Assembly (NCBI GenBank): GCA_030603365.1 | Contig: JAUVXV010000015.1 | Location: 32,001 to 96,000, forward strand | Origin: Candidatus Heimdallarchaeota archaeon | Lineage (GTDB): Archaea > Asgardarchaeota > Heimdallarchaeia > Heimdallarchaeales > Heimdallarchaeaceae | Reading direction: 5' to 3' | Length of the DNA stretch: 64,000 nucleotides | Shown here: one piece after another, positions 10,722-21,903 of the stretch | How positions within the stretch are numbered: position 1 is the first letter of the stretch | Layout: each line of letters begins with the position of its first letter | Translations under genes and position numbers: made by a program | Notes under the pieces: model-generated | The model's input: the letters and a program-made list of their open reading frames with translations, nothing else | Told to the model about the DNA's origin: nothing | The model's database searches: none

Positions 10722-11012
10722 TTTAATCTAGTCCTATCTCTATTAGACTCAACAGTAATTAGGACCAGAACCCTCACATAGTACATCAGTAATTTAGATA
10801 TCAAAAACAAGCTTACTTATTCTCATATATTAACGTATGCTAGAAAATTTAGTTTAGCAACTGGCAGAAAATAGTATATTCAGTTATTTTACTACTAACA
10901 ATATGAATGAATCATAAAGTAGCCAGTTTTTTATAATCGTTCTTGATTTGGTTTGCATAAAGCTTTTAACCTACTTTAGACTAAACTGTCTCTGTCAAAA
11001 GAAGATGATTAA

Positions 11013-13040
11013 ATGAAAAACAAGCACGTAAAAATAACTATTTTCATGATTCTTTTAGGTTCAGCCTTTTGTTTTGTACCAAACAACCGAACAGATGTTC
11101 AAGCTGCTACTGGTATCTTTGTTGAAAATTTTTCAACCACAACATATCATGATATTGCTAATACAAATGCAACTGGATGGGGTACTGGAATTGTGAAAAC
11201 TCCAGATAAACCAAATCCTGAACTTAAAGGTATTTTCAACAATTCCAAAGATCCAGTTGATGTCTTTGTAGATGGTAATTACGCATATGTAGCCGAATAT
11301 CATGGTGATTTGACAATTCTTGACATCAGTGACCCTTCAGCTCCTACCAATGTAAGTCAGTATATCATAGGAAGTGCGGCAGGAACACCAACTGGTGTAT
11401 ATGTGAAGAATTCAGTATGTTATGTTGCTACAAGAAATTGGGGATTACAAATAGTGGATGTTTCTAATCCAGCTAGCCCAACAAACCTTAGTGCCTATCC
11501 TACTATAGATCATCCTGTTGATGTTTATGTCGATGGGGATTACTACTACGTTGCTGACCAATATGGTGGAGTACAGATTGTTGATGTAACAGATCCAGCA
11601 AATCCATTTAATAGCTCTGTTATAAACTATGGTGGTTTTGTAAATGGAGTCTATATAAGCAGTTCAACACTCTACATCGCAGACTATTTTGGTAAATTTC
11701 TGGTTTATGATGTCACAAATCCAGCTGCTCCAGTTTATAGAGGAAATGTTTCTTTAACAACTAATGCTTATGATTTATCTGTTGATGGCAATACAGCTTA
11801 TGTTGCAAATGGTTGGGCAGGATTAGTTACAATTGATGTTACAAATCCGACAACTCCAACAATTTTGGATACATATAATTCAGGAGACTACGTTAAAGAT
11901 GCTAAATTCGAAGAGCATAAAGTTTACATAACTGATTCAGCTTCTGGAGTTATAGTTATAGATGCCACAAATCCTTCAGATCTAGCTTTGATTGGTTCTT
12001 ATGATACATGGAATTGGCCAGATGGCCTATTTGTAAAAGACCGAATGGTATATGTTGCTGACTATTTTGGTGGCTTACTCGTACTTGACCACACTGGTCA
12101 TGAAAGTCCTATGTTTGCTCAATCTACTACAATTGTTCCTATTACTGATGATGCACAAGTCATCAAAGCTTCATTGTTATTAAACGACTATTCAACACTA
12201 TGGAGTGGAATGGCAATTGGTTTGTATCTTTCAGCAGATGGAGGAGCAAATTGGCAAGCTGTAACACATGGTGCACTAACAACCTTAACTAATCCTGGAA
12301 AAGATTTAAGGTTTCGATTACTGTTGATTAATCTCAATGCTGTTAATGCAACGTGGGTATCTGAATTAACTGTTGAGTATACAACTAAACTAGAAAGTGT
12401 TGTACAAGATTCACCTGGTGATGGTTCGTACATAACTGATACCACGCCTACATTAATTTGGGATCCGATTGCGGGAGCTGCTAGTTATCTACTTCAAGTT
12501 GATGATGCACCAGATTTCATATCTCAAGTAGTTAATGCATCCGTTTCTGGAACAGCTACAAATTATACGACAACAACACTTTCAGACGGTTTATATCATT
12601 GGAGAATCCTAGCTATTGATTCTGAGGGGGAGCCTGGAAAGTGGTCAAATGTCAGTACATTCACACTTGATACAACCGATCCTGTAGTTGTAGGAGAACC
12701 AAATTTTGAGATGAATGAAGGAGAAACTGGTCATAATGTTAATTGGACAATAACTGAAATCAATTTATATTCCTTTACAGTTTACCTCGATGAAACAGCT
12801 GTTCCCATGGGATTGTTAACTTGGGATGGTACTACATTGTGGATTTCAACTGATGGATTAGGAGTCGGTGTACATAATTACACTCTGGAAGCGATAGACG
12901 ACGCAGGTAATACTGGAACTGATACAGTATATGTAACAGTAAACATTGTTGTAGGAGAATTTAATCCTACAATCGTCATTCTTCCACTACTAATGGCAGT
13001 TGGAATTTGTTCAATTTTTATCTTAAAGAGAAGAAAATAA
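11013..13040 (+). CDS. LVIVD-repeat beta-propeller surface protein with Ig-like domains and C-terminal anchor
   Basis: Repeated DV.V.G.YAYVA...GL.I.DVS.P.P units; signal peptide; VVGEF-TM-KRRK tail. Confidence 0.85.
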   Translation: MKNKHVKITIFMILLGSAFCFVPNNRTDVQAATGIFVENFSTTTYHDIANTNATGWGTGIVKTPDKPNPELKGIFNNSKDPVDVFVDGNYAYVAEYHGDLTILDISDPSAPTNVSQYIIGSAAGTPTGVYVKNSVCYVATRNWGLQIVDVSNPASPTNLSAYPTIDHPVDVYVDGDYYYVADQYGGVQIVDVTDPANPFNSSVINYGGFVNGVYISSSTLYIADYFGKFLVYDVTNPAAPVYRGNVSLTTNAYDLSVDGNTAYVANGWAGLVTIDVTNPTTPTILDTYNSGDYVKDAKFEEHKVYITDSASGVIVIDATNPSDLALIGSYDTWNWPDGLFVKDRMVYVADYFGGLLVLDHTGHESPMFAQSTTIVPITDDAQVIKASLLLNDYSTLWSGMAIGLYLSADGGANWQAVTHGALTTLTNPGKDLRFRLLLINLNAVNATWVSELTVEYTTKLESVVQDSPGDGSYITDTTPTLIWDPIAGAASYLLQVDDAPDFISQVVNASVSGTATNYTTTTLSDGLYHWRILAIDSEGEPGKWSNVSTFTLDTTDPVVVGEPNFEMNEGETGHNVNWTITEINLYSFTVYLDETAVPMGLLTWDGTTLWISTDGLGVGVHNYTLEAIDDAGNTGTDTVYVTVNIVVGEFNPTIVILPLLMAVGICSIFILKRRK

Positions 13041-13125
13041 CTTCTCCTCTTTTCTTATTTTTTTATTTTATTTTTACACAATAATTAAATGCTGTTAGTG
13101 GGATTCAATGCTAGTTGTGTGATAA

Positions 13126-14772
13126 ATGAACTTGGAAACTGATATTCTTGTTATTGGTGGAGGAAGTGCAGGAACCATGGCAGCTATTGTCGCCAAAGAA
13201 CAAAATCCAGATGCTGATGTAACCATTCTTGAAAAAGGAGAAATCAACCGTAGTGGTTCAATAGCACGTGGTATGGATGCACTCAATATAGTTGTTCAAC
13301 CAGGTATAACTACTCCTGAATTATATATGAATTCAGCACGTATAGCAACAGAAGGAATTGTAGATTACAAACCTAGCTACGTAATGGCTGAGAGGAGTTA
13401 TTCTATTCTTAAACGTCTTGAAGGTTGGGGTATCCGTTTTCCCCGAGATGAAGAGAATAAATATATCTCATTACAAGTTCATGCAAAAGGTAGTTTTCTC
13501 TTAGAGATGGATTCTCCAGAACTGAAACTTGTCTTAGCTGAAAAGGTCAAAGAAGCTGGAGTGAGAGTAGTAAATAGAACAATTGTTACCAAACTGCTAG
13601 TAAATAATGGAGAAGTAAACGGAGCTATGGGTTTTAACATTAGGACAGGAGAATTTGTTGTCTGTAAAGCAAAAGCAACTATTCTTTCTAATGGAGGTTG
13701 TGCAAGATTTTCTCTTCCTAATTCAGGGTATCTTTATGGAACATTTGATTATCCAGGAAACGCAGGTGATGGATATTCTCTTGCTTATCGAGCAGGTGCT
13801 CAGCTTACTGGATTTGAGTATACCAATTGTTCTCCTCTCATAAAAGATATTAACTGCCCATTACTCTACATCACTTTGACTCGTGGAGCAGAGATTGTCA
13901 ATGCCCTTGGTGAAACGATTGATCTTGAATATGTTTCTACTCAGAGAATGTTGAAGGAGCTTCGAGAAGGTAGGGGACCAGTTTTCATAAAAATGAATCA
14001 TCTTTCTGAGGAACGAATACAAGAAATCGAAAGGATACTATTTTCAGTAGAACGACCTATTCAGAAGAGATTCTGGGAAAACAGAGGAGTCGATTTTAGA
14101 GAAGGACTCATCGAATTAGGTGAAACAGAGTATCAACTTTGTGGTGGTCATGGTTTAACAGGTATTGTTGTTAATGAGAAAGCTGAAACTACTCTCAAAG
14201 GTCTTTATGCAGCAGGGGATGTTGCTTGTGTGCCATTACAACATCTAACTGGAGCATTTGTTTTTGGTGAAGTAGCTGCTGAAGAAGCTGTCAAATTTGT
14301 CAGTAACAAGGAACACAGTAAAATTGATCAAAATCTGATAAATGATGAGGAACAAAGACTTCTCAAAGTTTTGGAAAATAACAAAACTGGGACAATATCA
14401 GTTCAAGATTTCGAATATAAAGTTAGACGAACAATTGGAGATTATGTTGTTCCTCCAAAAAATGAAACAAAATTGAATAGATTCTTATGGTGGCTTCCAA
14501 GGTTTAGAAAAGAAATGACGAACATACGAATTACTGACCATCATGAGTTAAGTCGTTTTGAGGAGATACAATTTATTCTAGATTGTGCAGAGCTCTCAGT
14601 ACATGCCTCTCTTGCCCGAAAAGAGAGTCGCTGGGGTTGGTTCCATCATAGAACTGATTATCCTGAAAAAGATGATGAAAATTGGTTAAAGCATGTTGTT
14701 CTTGCTAAAGGATTAAAATCCGGAGAAGTTCAAACGGTTCTAGTTCCAATTGATGATGGAGGAGATCCATAA
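13126..14772 (+). CDS. AprA-like FAD flavoprotein (fumarate reductase/succinate dehydrogenase/adenylylsulfate reductase superfamily)
   Basis: IGGGSAG, RSGSIARGMDALN, GLYAAGD and RKESRWG..H.RTDYP motifs. Confidence 0.85.
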   Translation: MNLETDILVIGGGSAGTMAAIVAKEQNPDADVTILEKGEINRSGSIARGMDALNIVVQPGITTPELYMNSARIATEGIVDYKPSYVMAERSYSILKRLEGWGIRFPRDEENKYISLQVHAKGSFLLEMDSPELKLVLAEKVKEAGVRVVNRTIVTKLLVNNGEVNGAMGFNIRTGEFVVCKAKATILSNGGCARFSLPNSGYLYGTFDYPGNAGDGYSLAYRAGAQLTGFEYTNCSPLIKDINCPLLYITLTRGAEIVNALGETIDLEYVSTQRMLKELREGRGPVFIKMNHLSEERIQEIERILFSVERPIQKRFWENRGVDFREGLIELGETEYQLCGGHGLTGIVVNEKAETTLKGLYAAGDVACVPLQHLTGAFVFGEVAAEEAVKFVSNKEHSKIDQNLINDEEQRLLKVLENNKTGTISVQDFEYKVRRTIGDYVVPPKNETKLNRFLWWLPRFRKEMTNIRITDHHELSRFEEIQFILDCAELSVHASLARKESRWGWFHHRTDYPEKDDENWLKHVVLAKGLKSGEVQTVLVPIDDGGDP

Positions 14773-14966
14773 TGCCATTAATTGTTAACAAAGATCTTTG
14801 CACAAGCTGTGGTGTATGTGTAGAACGATGTACAATGGACATCATTAGATTGGACGACGAAGGATTCCCATACATTAAGTACGATGAATGTTGGTATTGT
14901 GGAGTGTGCGAAGAAGACTGTCCAGTAAATGCTGTAGTGATAGATTTACCATTCCTAGTGAAATAA
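14772..14966 (+). CDS. 2[4Fe-4S] ferredoxin, AprB-like partner
   Basis: CTSCGVCVERC and CWYCGVCEEDCP; TAATG coupling to the flavoprotein gene. Confidence 0.9.
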   Translation: MPLIVNKDLCTSCGVCVERCTMDIIRLDDEGFPYIKYDECWYCGVCEEDCPVNAVVIDLPFLVK

Positions 14967-15072
14967 GCATAAACAAGATAGTTACTTCTTTACGAAACCT
15001 AAAGATTAGAGAGAAAAAACACATATTAGAAAATCTAAAAATTAACCAATAGCACTACATGAGCGATTAAGA

Positions 15073-15597
15073 ATGATCAGATTAGAAACAGGCAGATTAA
15101 TAGTTCGTAATTTTACTCTTGATGATTGGGAAGATCTAGCTGAATTAGCAATGAAATATGAACAATCAGAGTTAGCAAAATATGATGAGGGACCTTGGCC
15201 AAGCAATCTAGAAGAATATAAATCGATAGTTCAGAATTTTTCTGAAGGGGACGATTTTGTGGCTGTAATCTTAAAAGAACCAAAGAAACTGATAGGACTA
15301 ATATTTAAAGCTAAGAAAGAAGATGGGAGGTTTGAATTTGGCTTTAATTTTCATTCTGATTTTCATGGGATGGGGTACGCTATAGAAAGCTGTCAAGCTG
15401 TTTTAGATTACATTTTTGAGGTATTAGATGCAGAAATTGTGACTGCAGGTACAGCTAAAATTAACAAACCATCAAATAATCTACTAAGACGACTGGGTTT
15501 TTGTTTAATAGGTGAAAAGAAGATATCTTTTAGAAAAGATAAAGAAGGTAAACCTATTGAATTTGTGGGATTAGATTATTCCCTTTCTAGAAAATAA
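15073..15597 (+). CDS. GNAT N-acetyltransferase, RimJ/RimL type
   Basis: LETGRLIVRNF, FHGMGYA.E and N.PS..LLRRLGF motifs. Confidence 0.85.
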   Translation: MIRLETGRLIVRNFTLDDWEDLAELAMKYEQSELAKYDEGPWPSNLEEYKSIVQNFSEGDDFVAVILKEPKKLIGLIFKAKKEDGRFEFGFNFHSDFHGMGYAIESCQAVLDYIFEVLDAEIVTAGTAKINKPSNNLLRRLGFCLIGEKKISFRKDKEGKPIEFVGLDYSLSRK

Positions 15598-15660
15598 TTT
15601 GATCAATTCTTAAAGAACCATTCTAAATTATTTTACTATATTAAATCAAATAACTTCAAT

Positions 15661-16641
15661 TTATTTTTCTTCTTTCCAAGCATGAGTTATTCTTTTCCAA
15701 CCTTGCTCAAAACTAAATTTCTCATATAACTTGAGTGCAGCTACATTAGCGATATCTACCACAAGACTCATAGTTTTGAAACCAGAATTTTTGAGAGTGA
15801 CTATTGCATGGTTTAATAGTTTAGAGCCTAGCTGATGTCCTCTATGATCAGGAATAACACCCATAATCCATAGATGGCCGTTACCTTCACCATGGGTGGG
15901 TTTAACGAGTGTAAAACCTATGAATTTGGTTCCTTCAACAAGTACTATAGATGCTTCATTTATCATTTCGTCTTCCTTATCAAAATGTTCATCAAAATAT
16001 TCTTTTCTTTCTTCATCTGTTTCAGAAAGAAAATTCCTATCTCCACTTTCACTAAAAGAATCATAGAAGCAAGAATATAGGTCATTATCATCAGCATTTT
16101 TCAAGAGAATAGTTTCTATTCCTTTAGGAAATTCTATTTCAGAAAGCTCTTGTTCTTCTAGATTGAGTGACATGAAAACAATTTCATCTTCCTCTAGAAG
16201 ATTACAACTTGGATATATAGAAGGATCTACTGGATATTTTTCTAAAGAATCTATTTTCTCGTAACACAATTCTATTCTAGTGTGTTGTGTCTTCAAAGCA
16301 TGATTTATGCATTCTGTGAATAGAAGTTGAGCTACTTCTATTTTCTTGGGTTCATTAGGATGAATAAGAGGATGACCTCCTAATGCCCAAGGATTAATCT
16401 CTAACCTTTTGGAATCATGTACAAAGAGAAGAACCCATCCCACTAAATTATTTTCTTTGTAAGCTTCTACTACAATAGGAACTTCATCATAATCTAGATT
16501 TTGTATCCAACTTCCTATACCTTCAATGGATGCATTGATTTCGGGTCTAGTAATTTTCCAAATTACATGTGTTAACATTGCCAAGTCTAGAACATTTAGA
16601 TGTTCATCTAACTTTTGTGTTTTAATTTGTATATTATTCAT
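15661..16641 (-). CDS. tandem-domain GNAT N-acetyltransferase
   Basis: C-terminal MGVIPDHRGHQLGSKLL...N.AALKLYEKFSF. Confidence 0.8.
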   Translation of the reverse strand: MNNIQIKTQKLDEHLNVLDLAMLTHVIWKITRPEINASIEGIGSWIQNLDYDEVPIVVEAYKENNLVGWVLLFVHDSKRLEINPWALGGHPLIHPNEPKKIEVAQLLFTECINHALKTQHTRIELCYEKIDSLEKYPVDPSIYPSCNLLEEDEIVFMSLNLEEQELSEIEFPKGIETILLKNADDNDLYSCFYDSFSESGDRNFLSETDEERKEYFDEHFDKEDEMINEASIVLVEGTKFIGFTLVKPTHGEGNGHLWIMGVIPDHRGHQLGSKLLNHAIVTLKNSGFKTMSLVVDIANVAALKLYEKFSFEQGWKRITHAWKEEK

Positions 16642-16894
16642 TTGTCTAATGCCTCCTTCTGAGTATTCAATTATTTAAGTGTAATCAGCAAAAATCAATG
16701 AACTCTATAGTAACAGACTAATTAACCAGAATATCAAGGTCATCACAAGAGATGGAGTTACAAATGAGCAACTAAAATTTTGAAAGAGAGCAATTACAGA
16801 ATTCCTTCAACTGCTCACGAAGTAAGACAAACAAAAAAGAAAAAGATAGAAAGAAGGGAGAGGAGTAAACCTAGAAAATAGAGAAATAAATAAT

Positions 16895-18058
16895 CTATTT
16901 CCTTTTTTTACTGTAGACAACTAATGGTATTGCTAGGAATGTAATAATCATGATGAAAGATATGTAACCACTAGTATATTCGGAAATCTCTGGAATTACT
17001 TCTAAAGGATAAAGGTCTTGAGAACCTGCTGTACCATCAATTGTATAGTAACTACTTACTGCAGGACTCCAATTACTCCAATAATTTCCCTCGAGTAACA
17101 ATTCATCATACCACTGATCTCCAGCGTCATCTAGAGCTTGAATGGTGGAGCCAGCAAGATTGTTATCAAAGAATGCATTATGATATATCTTATTAATTCC
17201 TACTGAAAGAGACATACTTAATCCATATGATGTACTTGTTTCAACGTGATTATTAGTTATCACACTACCTGATGATCCCACAATCCTCATACCAAAGAAA
17301 TTACCTATTAGATAATTATTAGTAATAATTAAATCTAAACTGTCTTCAATTAGAATACCAGTATCAGCATTATTTGAACAAGTATTATGAGTGATGCTTG
17401 TACCATTTGAGTTCTCCACACTTATTCCTACCCCAACAGTTTCATTACAGATATTTTTGTGTATTAAAACTCCATGAGAATCTAGAATGTGAATACCAAG
17501 TTCTGCAACAATTTTATTATTTTTAACGTAAGTAAAGTCAGATTCTCTTATATCGATTCCACCTGTAAAGGAGACTATATAGTTATCATTAATTGTTGAG
17601 CTTATTCCTCCATTTAGTTTAAGACCATCGTTTCCTGTTGAGACTATCACATTATTGAGAATGACTACTGTTTCTTCAGCCATGTTTTGATATTTGCCCA
17701 AGAAAATAGCATAATTTGTGTCTGTCTTAAGAAAACAATTTTGGATAATGAAGTGTTTAGTAGTATAACCACCGAAATTAAGACAATAATCACCAGAAGT
17801 TGTGATATTGTAATTTTCAATACGATAAGGGTTAACAGCTGATCCTTCTCCAGGGAATCCATAAGATTCAAAATCAGAATCAACATCAATAGTCATTGGT
17901 GACTGTACAATCAAATCGTCTAATGATGGTAGATCTGAGAGGGGATTGGTTGATGTAGTAGCTGATGTTTTGTTTACTCCTGCATTTAATACTACAGTAT
18001 ATAGAATTAAAAGAGATAGAATTAACATAATTGATACTTTGAGATTGTTTCTTTTCAC
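16895..18058 (-). CDS. right-handed parallel beta-helix (NosD-like) surface protein with C-terminal anchor
   Basis: GEGS..NPYRIEN start, repeated G.I..S....I.NN units, GNYWS...D.YPL and IPEI-TM-KKRK tail. Confidence 0.85.
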   Translation of the reverse strand: MKRNNLKVSIMLILSLLILYTVVLNAGVNKTSATTSTNPLSDLPSLDDLIVQSPMTIDVDSDFESYGFPGEGSAVNPYRIENYNITTSGDYCLNFGGYTTKHFIIQNCFLKTDTNYAIFLGKYQNMAEETVVILNNVIVSTGNDGLKLNGGISSTINDNYIVSFTGGIDIRESDFTYVKNNKIVAELGIHILDSHGVLIHKNICNETVGVGISVENSNGTSITHNTCSNNADTGILIEDSLDLIITNNYLIGNFFGMRIVGSSGSVITNNHVETSTSYGLSMSLSVGINKIYHNAFFDNNLAGSTIQALDDAGDQWYDELLLEGNYWSNWSPAVSSYYTIDGTAGSQDLYPLEVIPEISEYTSGYISFIMIITFLAIPLVVYSKKRK

Positions 18059-18309
18059 GATAGTTCATTCCTGCGATTATTTATTATACTTGATAGTATT
18101 TGTATGCTACTAATGTATTTTTAAGTGTTATTGAAGCAAATCTTCTGATTATTCCTTTTTTTATTTTTTCAGCATTTTGCAAAGCTATCTCACTTCCAAG
18201 AAAGAGGGGATTATGACAATGCTTTTATTTCCTACATAAATTCAGATTTGAATTAGACCAGACATTCCAAATATTTAAATACACTATGGAAAATATAGTT
18301 CAGATATAA

Positions 18310-18768
18310 ATGAATCTAAATAAGACTCTAAAATTTATATTAGTAGTAGTAACTGTGGCACTATTTACATTGAATTTCAATGTGAGTGCTTTAGGTCCAA
18401 AAGTAGACATACAATATGTCTGTTATTGTGATTATGATGGAGATGGTGCATTAGATGATGTCTATGCTGAAGTTCTTCTTACACTTTTACCAGGAATAAA
18501 TCACCTAGTCTTTGAAGCCTCAGTTAAATTCATTGGAGAAATACTCTATACAATCTATAGAGATAATCACGTAATAACTGAAACAGAAATTCTATACAAA
18601 TTCTACTTCACCAACATTGCATTTCAAAGCGGAATATACATCTTTAAAGTATGGTTTGAGATAGAGAATAATGATCAAATTAGATATGTAAGTGATACTC
18701 AACCATTCGACCCACCAGAAGGAGATCCAGATTACCCTCCAGGAGGAGGCGTTACCCCGGGGCCTTAG
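18310..18768 (+). CDS. secreted hypothetical protein with DxDxDG motif and Pro/Gly-rich tail
   Basis: Signal peptide; DYDGDGALDD; ends PFDPPEGDPDYPPGGGVTPGP. Confidence 0.6.
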   Translation: MNLNKTLKFILVVVTVALFTLNFNVSALGPKVDIQYVCYCDYDGDGALDDVYAEVLLTLLPGINHLVFEASVKFIGEILYTIYRDNHVITETEILYKFYFTNIAFQSGIYIFKVWFEIENNDQIRYVSDTQPFDPPEGDPDYPPGGGVTPGP

Positions 18769-18804
18769 TTTGACAAGACTTCACTAATCGAAAAAAACAG
18801 TTAT

Positions 18805-20040
18805 ATGGGATTAATAATGAAGGGATTCGCTCGAGATTTGATGGAAATACTGCGTTTATTAGAAAATTATCCACTTAAATCGTTCAGCGAACTAGCTCAA
18901 AAAATTAATCTGTCGCCCCAAACCTTCATTAGACGAGTAGATGAGTTAAGAGCTCAAGATGTTATCCGAGAAGTTCATTCCTCTCTTAATCCCGAAAGTT
19001 TACTGTTAGAAAGACATATTGTAATATTCTTAACAGAATCGATAGAAGAAATCAAAATTTTAGAGCTTGCGTGTGATATTCATCCTTACACCTCTTCAAG
19101 AAATAGAATCTTTGGGTCTGAGTACGGAGTATATACGGTATTCGACATACCTAAAGGTTCTTTCCGTAACCTGAAGCTCTTTCTTGAAAATCTGTTAGTA
19201 AGGAAATATTGTGTTAAATATTATACCTATAAATCTCAGGGAAGAAGAATATTTTATCCTCAACCTTTTTACAACAATATTACTGATCTTGAGGAATTCG
19301 ATCTTGATGCTTATCTTGTACAATCTACCACTCCTTTGTACACCGGTAAGGGAGGGAGGGAGTCCTCTTTATCCTCTTTAGAATTGCATCCCATAGAACT
19401 TCTGATTCTAAGGGACATTACTCTTGACTTTAGAACACCAATGAGCCAATTAATAAAAAAGTATCGAAAATACCTGAAATCAAAAAAAGGAGAATTGAGA
19501 GAGTACATCTTCCCTGAAACTTTTCGACCATATCTTGAAGAATTCTTTCGCGAAGAAAGAACTGAAAATGCAATCTACATGGATTTCAAAAAAAGATATC
19601 ATGCACTTATAGAAAAACATGTAGAAAACTATTGGCTGGGAATAAACAGAAAACATTTCGAGATGTTTATCAGATTCGGGTATATTATACGCAACATCTC
19701 TAAAGAAGAAAAATCAAGACTCTTCAGTCTTTTAAAGAATGAAAGACCACCATTTAGCATATATATCGAAGATTTAGGTCAGAACTTGTTTCTTACAGTA
19801 TCTCTACCTCCTTACTATCAAACTAAACTCTCTTACTTAATGAAAGAAAGGTATGAAAAATTTTCAGCTTACTTGTTGGATAGCTTTGGATATAATGCAT
19901 TGAAATATAGATTTTATACAGGGAATTATGATATTGAAAATAAAGAATGGAGGCAAGATGAGGAGTGGATGGTAACTAGGGTCACTAAAGGCATAGAAGA
20001 AAAACTAACGAAAAAAGAATACAGAAAAGTAGAAACTTAG
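18805..20040 (+). CDS. Lrp/AsnC-like winged-helix transcriptional regulator (duplicated architecture)
   Basis: N-terminal HTH (PLKSFSELAQKINLSPQTFIRRVDEL) and a second degenerate HTH start (ELLILRDITLDFRTPMSQL). Confidence 0.65.
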   Translation: MGLIMKGFARDLMEILRLLENYPLKSFSELAQKINLSPQTFIRRVDELRAQDVIREVHSSLNPESLLLERHIVIFLTESIEEIKILELACDIHPYTSSRNRIFGSEYGVYTVFDIPKGSFRNLKLFLENLLVRKYCVKYYTYKSQGRRIFYPQPFYNNITDLEEFDLDAYLVQSTTPLYTGKGGRESSLSSLELHPIELLILRDITLDFRTPMSQLIKKYRKYLKSKKGELREYIFPETFRPYLEEFFREERTENAIYMDFKKRYHALIEKHVENYWLGINRKHFEMFIRFGYIIRNISKEEKSRLFSLLKNERPPFSIYIEDLGQNLFLTVSLPPYYQTKLSYLMKERYEKFSAYLLDSFGYNALKYRFYTGNYDIENKEWRQDEEWMVTRVTKGIEEKLTKKEYRKVET

Positions 20041-20050
20041 AGGAGTAAAA

Positions 20051-20443
20051 ATGGTAAGAGTGTATATTGTTGAGGACAATAGATTAGTGCAGGATTTGTA
20101 TGTAATGTATTTGTCTAAAATGGGACATGAAATAATAGGACAATCATATAATGGTATAGAGGCTTTAGTTGACTTATATTTAAATCACAGGAAGAATCCA
20201 CCAGATCTAATAATTCTAGATTATTTAATGCCAGGAAAGAATGGTTTGGAGCTGTTGCACGACTTACAAAAACTAAATTATATTAAGAATACTAAAGTTA
20301 TGCTAATTACTGGAGTTACTGAACAAAAAAGTTCAGCCTTGGAGATGGGAGTGTCCAAATTTCTTCAGAAACCATTTGATTACGAAATATTAAGTCAGTC
20401 AATCAAAGAATTAGCATTTGAGGAGACGACAATTAGGATGTGA
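20051..20443 (+). CDS. stand-alone response regulator receiver (CheY-like)
   Basis: IVEDN, DLIILDYLMPGKNGLELL, LITG and FLQKPF motifs. Confidence 0.9.
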   Translation: MVRVYIVEDNRLVQDLYVMYLSKMGHEIIGQSYNGIEALVDLYLNHRKNPPDLIILDYLMPGKNGLELLHDLQKLNYIKNTKVMLITGVTEQKSSALEMGVSKFLQKPFDYEILSQSIKELAFEETTIRM

Positions 20444-20499
20444 ATTTTCCAGCAACTGTACAAGCTGCAAATTTAACATCATGTTTTTTCTTTTAGTTA

Positions 20500-21228
20500 T
20501 TAGAGTTTCTCTAAGAGAACTTCCAATGTGAATGGTTTTCCATGACCTGGGTAAATTGTTATTATTTGATATTGTTTCAGTTTTTCAATACTCTCATTAT
20601 ATTCCTCGTGATTGTCGATTAGAGAGAATTTAGCAGGTTCTTTAGTATTCTCAAGTAAATCTCCACAGAAAAGATTGCCATTATCAGTTAGAAAACCTAT
20701 AGAACCTTTTGAGTGACCTGGAAAATGAATTACTTTCGCATCAAAACCATATATGGATAAGTCATCCCCTTCCTCGACATAGATATCTGGTTTAAATCTA
20801 TCTTGCTTTTTTAAATTCATCCTCAGTAAAAATAATGCTGTTTTGAGCAGTATTTTAACGATAATATTCACATTAGATCTACTATAGAAAAAATCTCCAT
20901 ACTCAACCATTCCTGAATCTTCTTTATGCATTGCAACTTCTGCACCATATTTGTCTCTGAAATAAGCACAGTTTCCAGTATGGTCAAAGTCACCATGAGT
21001 TAACAAGATAAGATTAAGATTTGCAGATGTACAACCTGCATTAGTGAGTGCTTCTTCGATAACTAGACGCTCACTTGTATAGCCAGTGTCAATTAGAACA
21101 AAACCATCGTTAATTTCTATTAGAAAACAATTTGTTTTCTTTGAAGTAATAGTTAAAGGAGATGTGGATTTTGATATCACACTATTGTTGAGATGATTCA
21201 TTGGTTCTTCTTCTGAGTTTTCAAGCAT
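20500..21228 (-). CDS. metallo-beta-lactamase fold hydrolase
   Basis: LIDTG, THGDFDHTG, PGHSKGS, GD and YPGHG motifs. Confidence 0.9.
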   Translation of the reverse strand: MLENSEEEPMNHLNNSVISKSTSPLTITSKKTNCFLIEINDGFVLIDTGYTSERLVIEEALTNAGCTSANLNLILLTHGDFDHTGNCAYFRDKYGAEVAMHKEDSGMVEYGDFFYSRSNVNIIVKILLKTALFLLRMNLKKQDRFKPDIYVEEGDDLSIYGFDAKVIHFPGHSKGSIGFLTDNGNLFCGDLLENTKEPAKFSLIDNHEEYNESIEKLKQYQIITIYPGHGKPFTLEVLLEKL

Positions 21229-21501
21229 AATTGGGAATAAATTCGTACTTACTTATATGTTTGTAAAAATCAGATTTAAACTCAAAATTACAAATGATTC
21301 ATCATACTCTGTCGAGAATAAATATCAGAATTCTAGCTTGGACTTGCTTCCAGTTGAAATAGAGGTGATTTCCACTGCCAAGAAGCTACTGTGATTCTAT
21401 AAGGAAGAGAATATAATAAGGTGTCTTCCTGTTTTCTCAAACGAATTTCTTTGCATTGTTTTGAAAAATAAAATTCTAGAAGTAAGATTCCGTGAGAAGT
21501 A

Positions 21502-21867
21502 ATCTCTCACGGATACATTGGATCTATCAAATACATGGATGATATTAGTTCAGCTGGATAGCATTATTCGGTTAGTAAGAAGGATTTAGTGAGTTGAAAT
21601 AAGCATTGGATAAACAAACATGAAAGTATAGCAGAAACAATACCTGATGATCTGCTAATTCTGGAAACAGATAATCTACCTGAAGATTCATTTAAACCTC
21701 CAGTAAAAGTTCTATCTGAAGTATATGAAAATGTATCTAGAATCAGAGAAGTAATTGTTGAAGATTTGAAAGAGCTTTGTAGAGGAAATGCACTCAAACT
21801 AGTACAAGAAGATTTTAAGCTAGGAAAAAATTACCATTATATTACAGTTTTCGTAGACGATATTTGA
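21502..21867 (+). pseudogene. C-terminal remnant of a TatD-family hydrolase
   Basis: One frame reads ISHGYIGS...AG*HYSVS...S*...IPDDLLILETDNLP...P.KVLSEVYENVSRIRE...EDLKELCRGNALKL, with in-frame stops at 21559 and 21595 and no N-terminal half. Confidence 0.65.
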
Positions 21868-21903
21868 TGATCTTTTGGAAACAAACCAGCCAATGATAAA
21901 GGA

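Noticed and set aside
13126-14966. Evidence for dissimilatory sulfate reduction
   Set aside because: Only an AprA-like superfamily member with a short ferredoxin is present, with none of the partner genes in the window.
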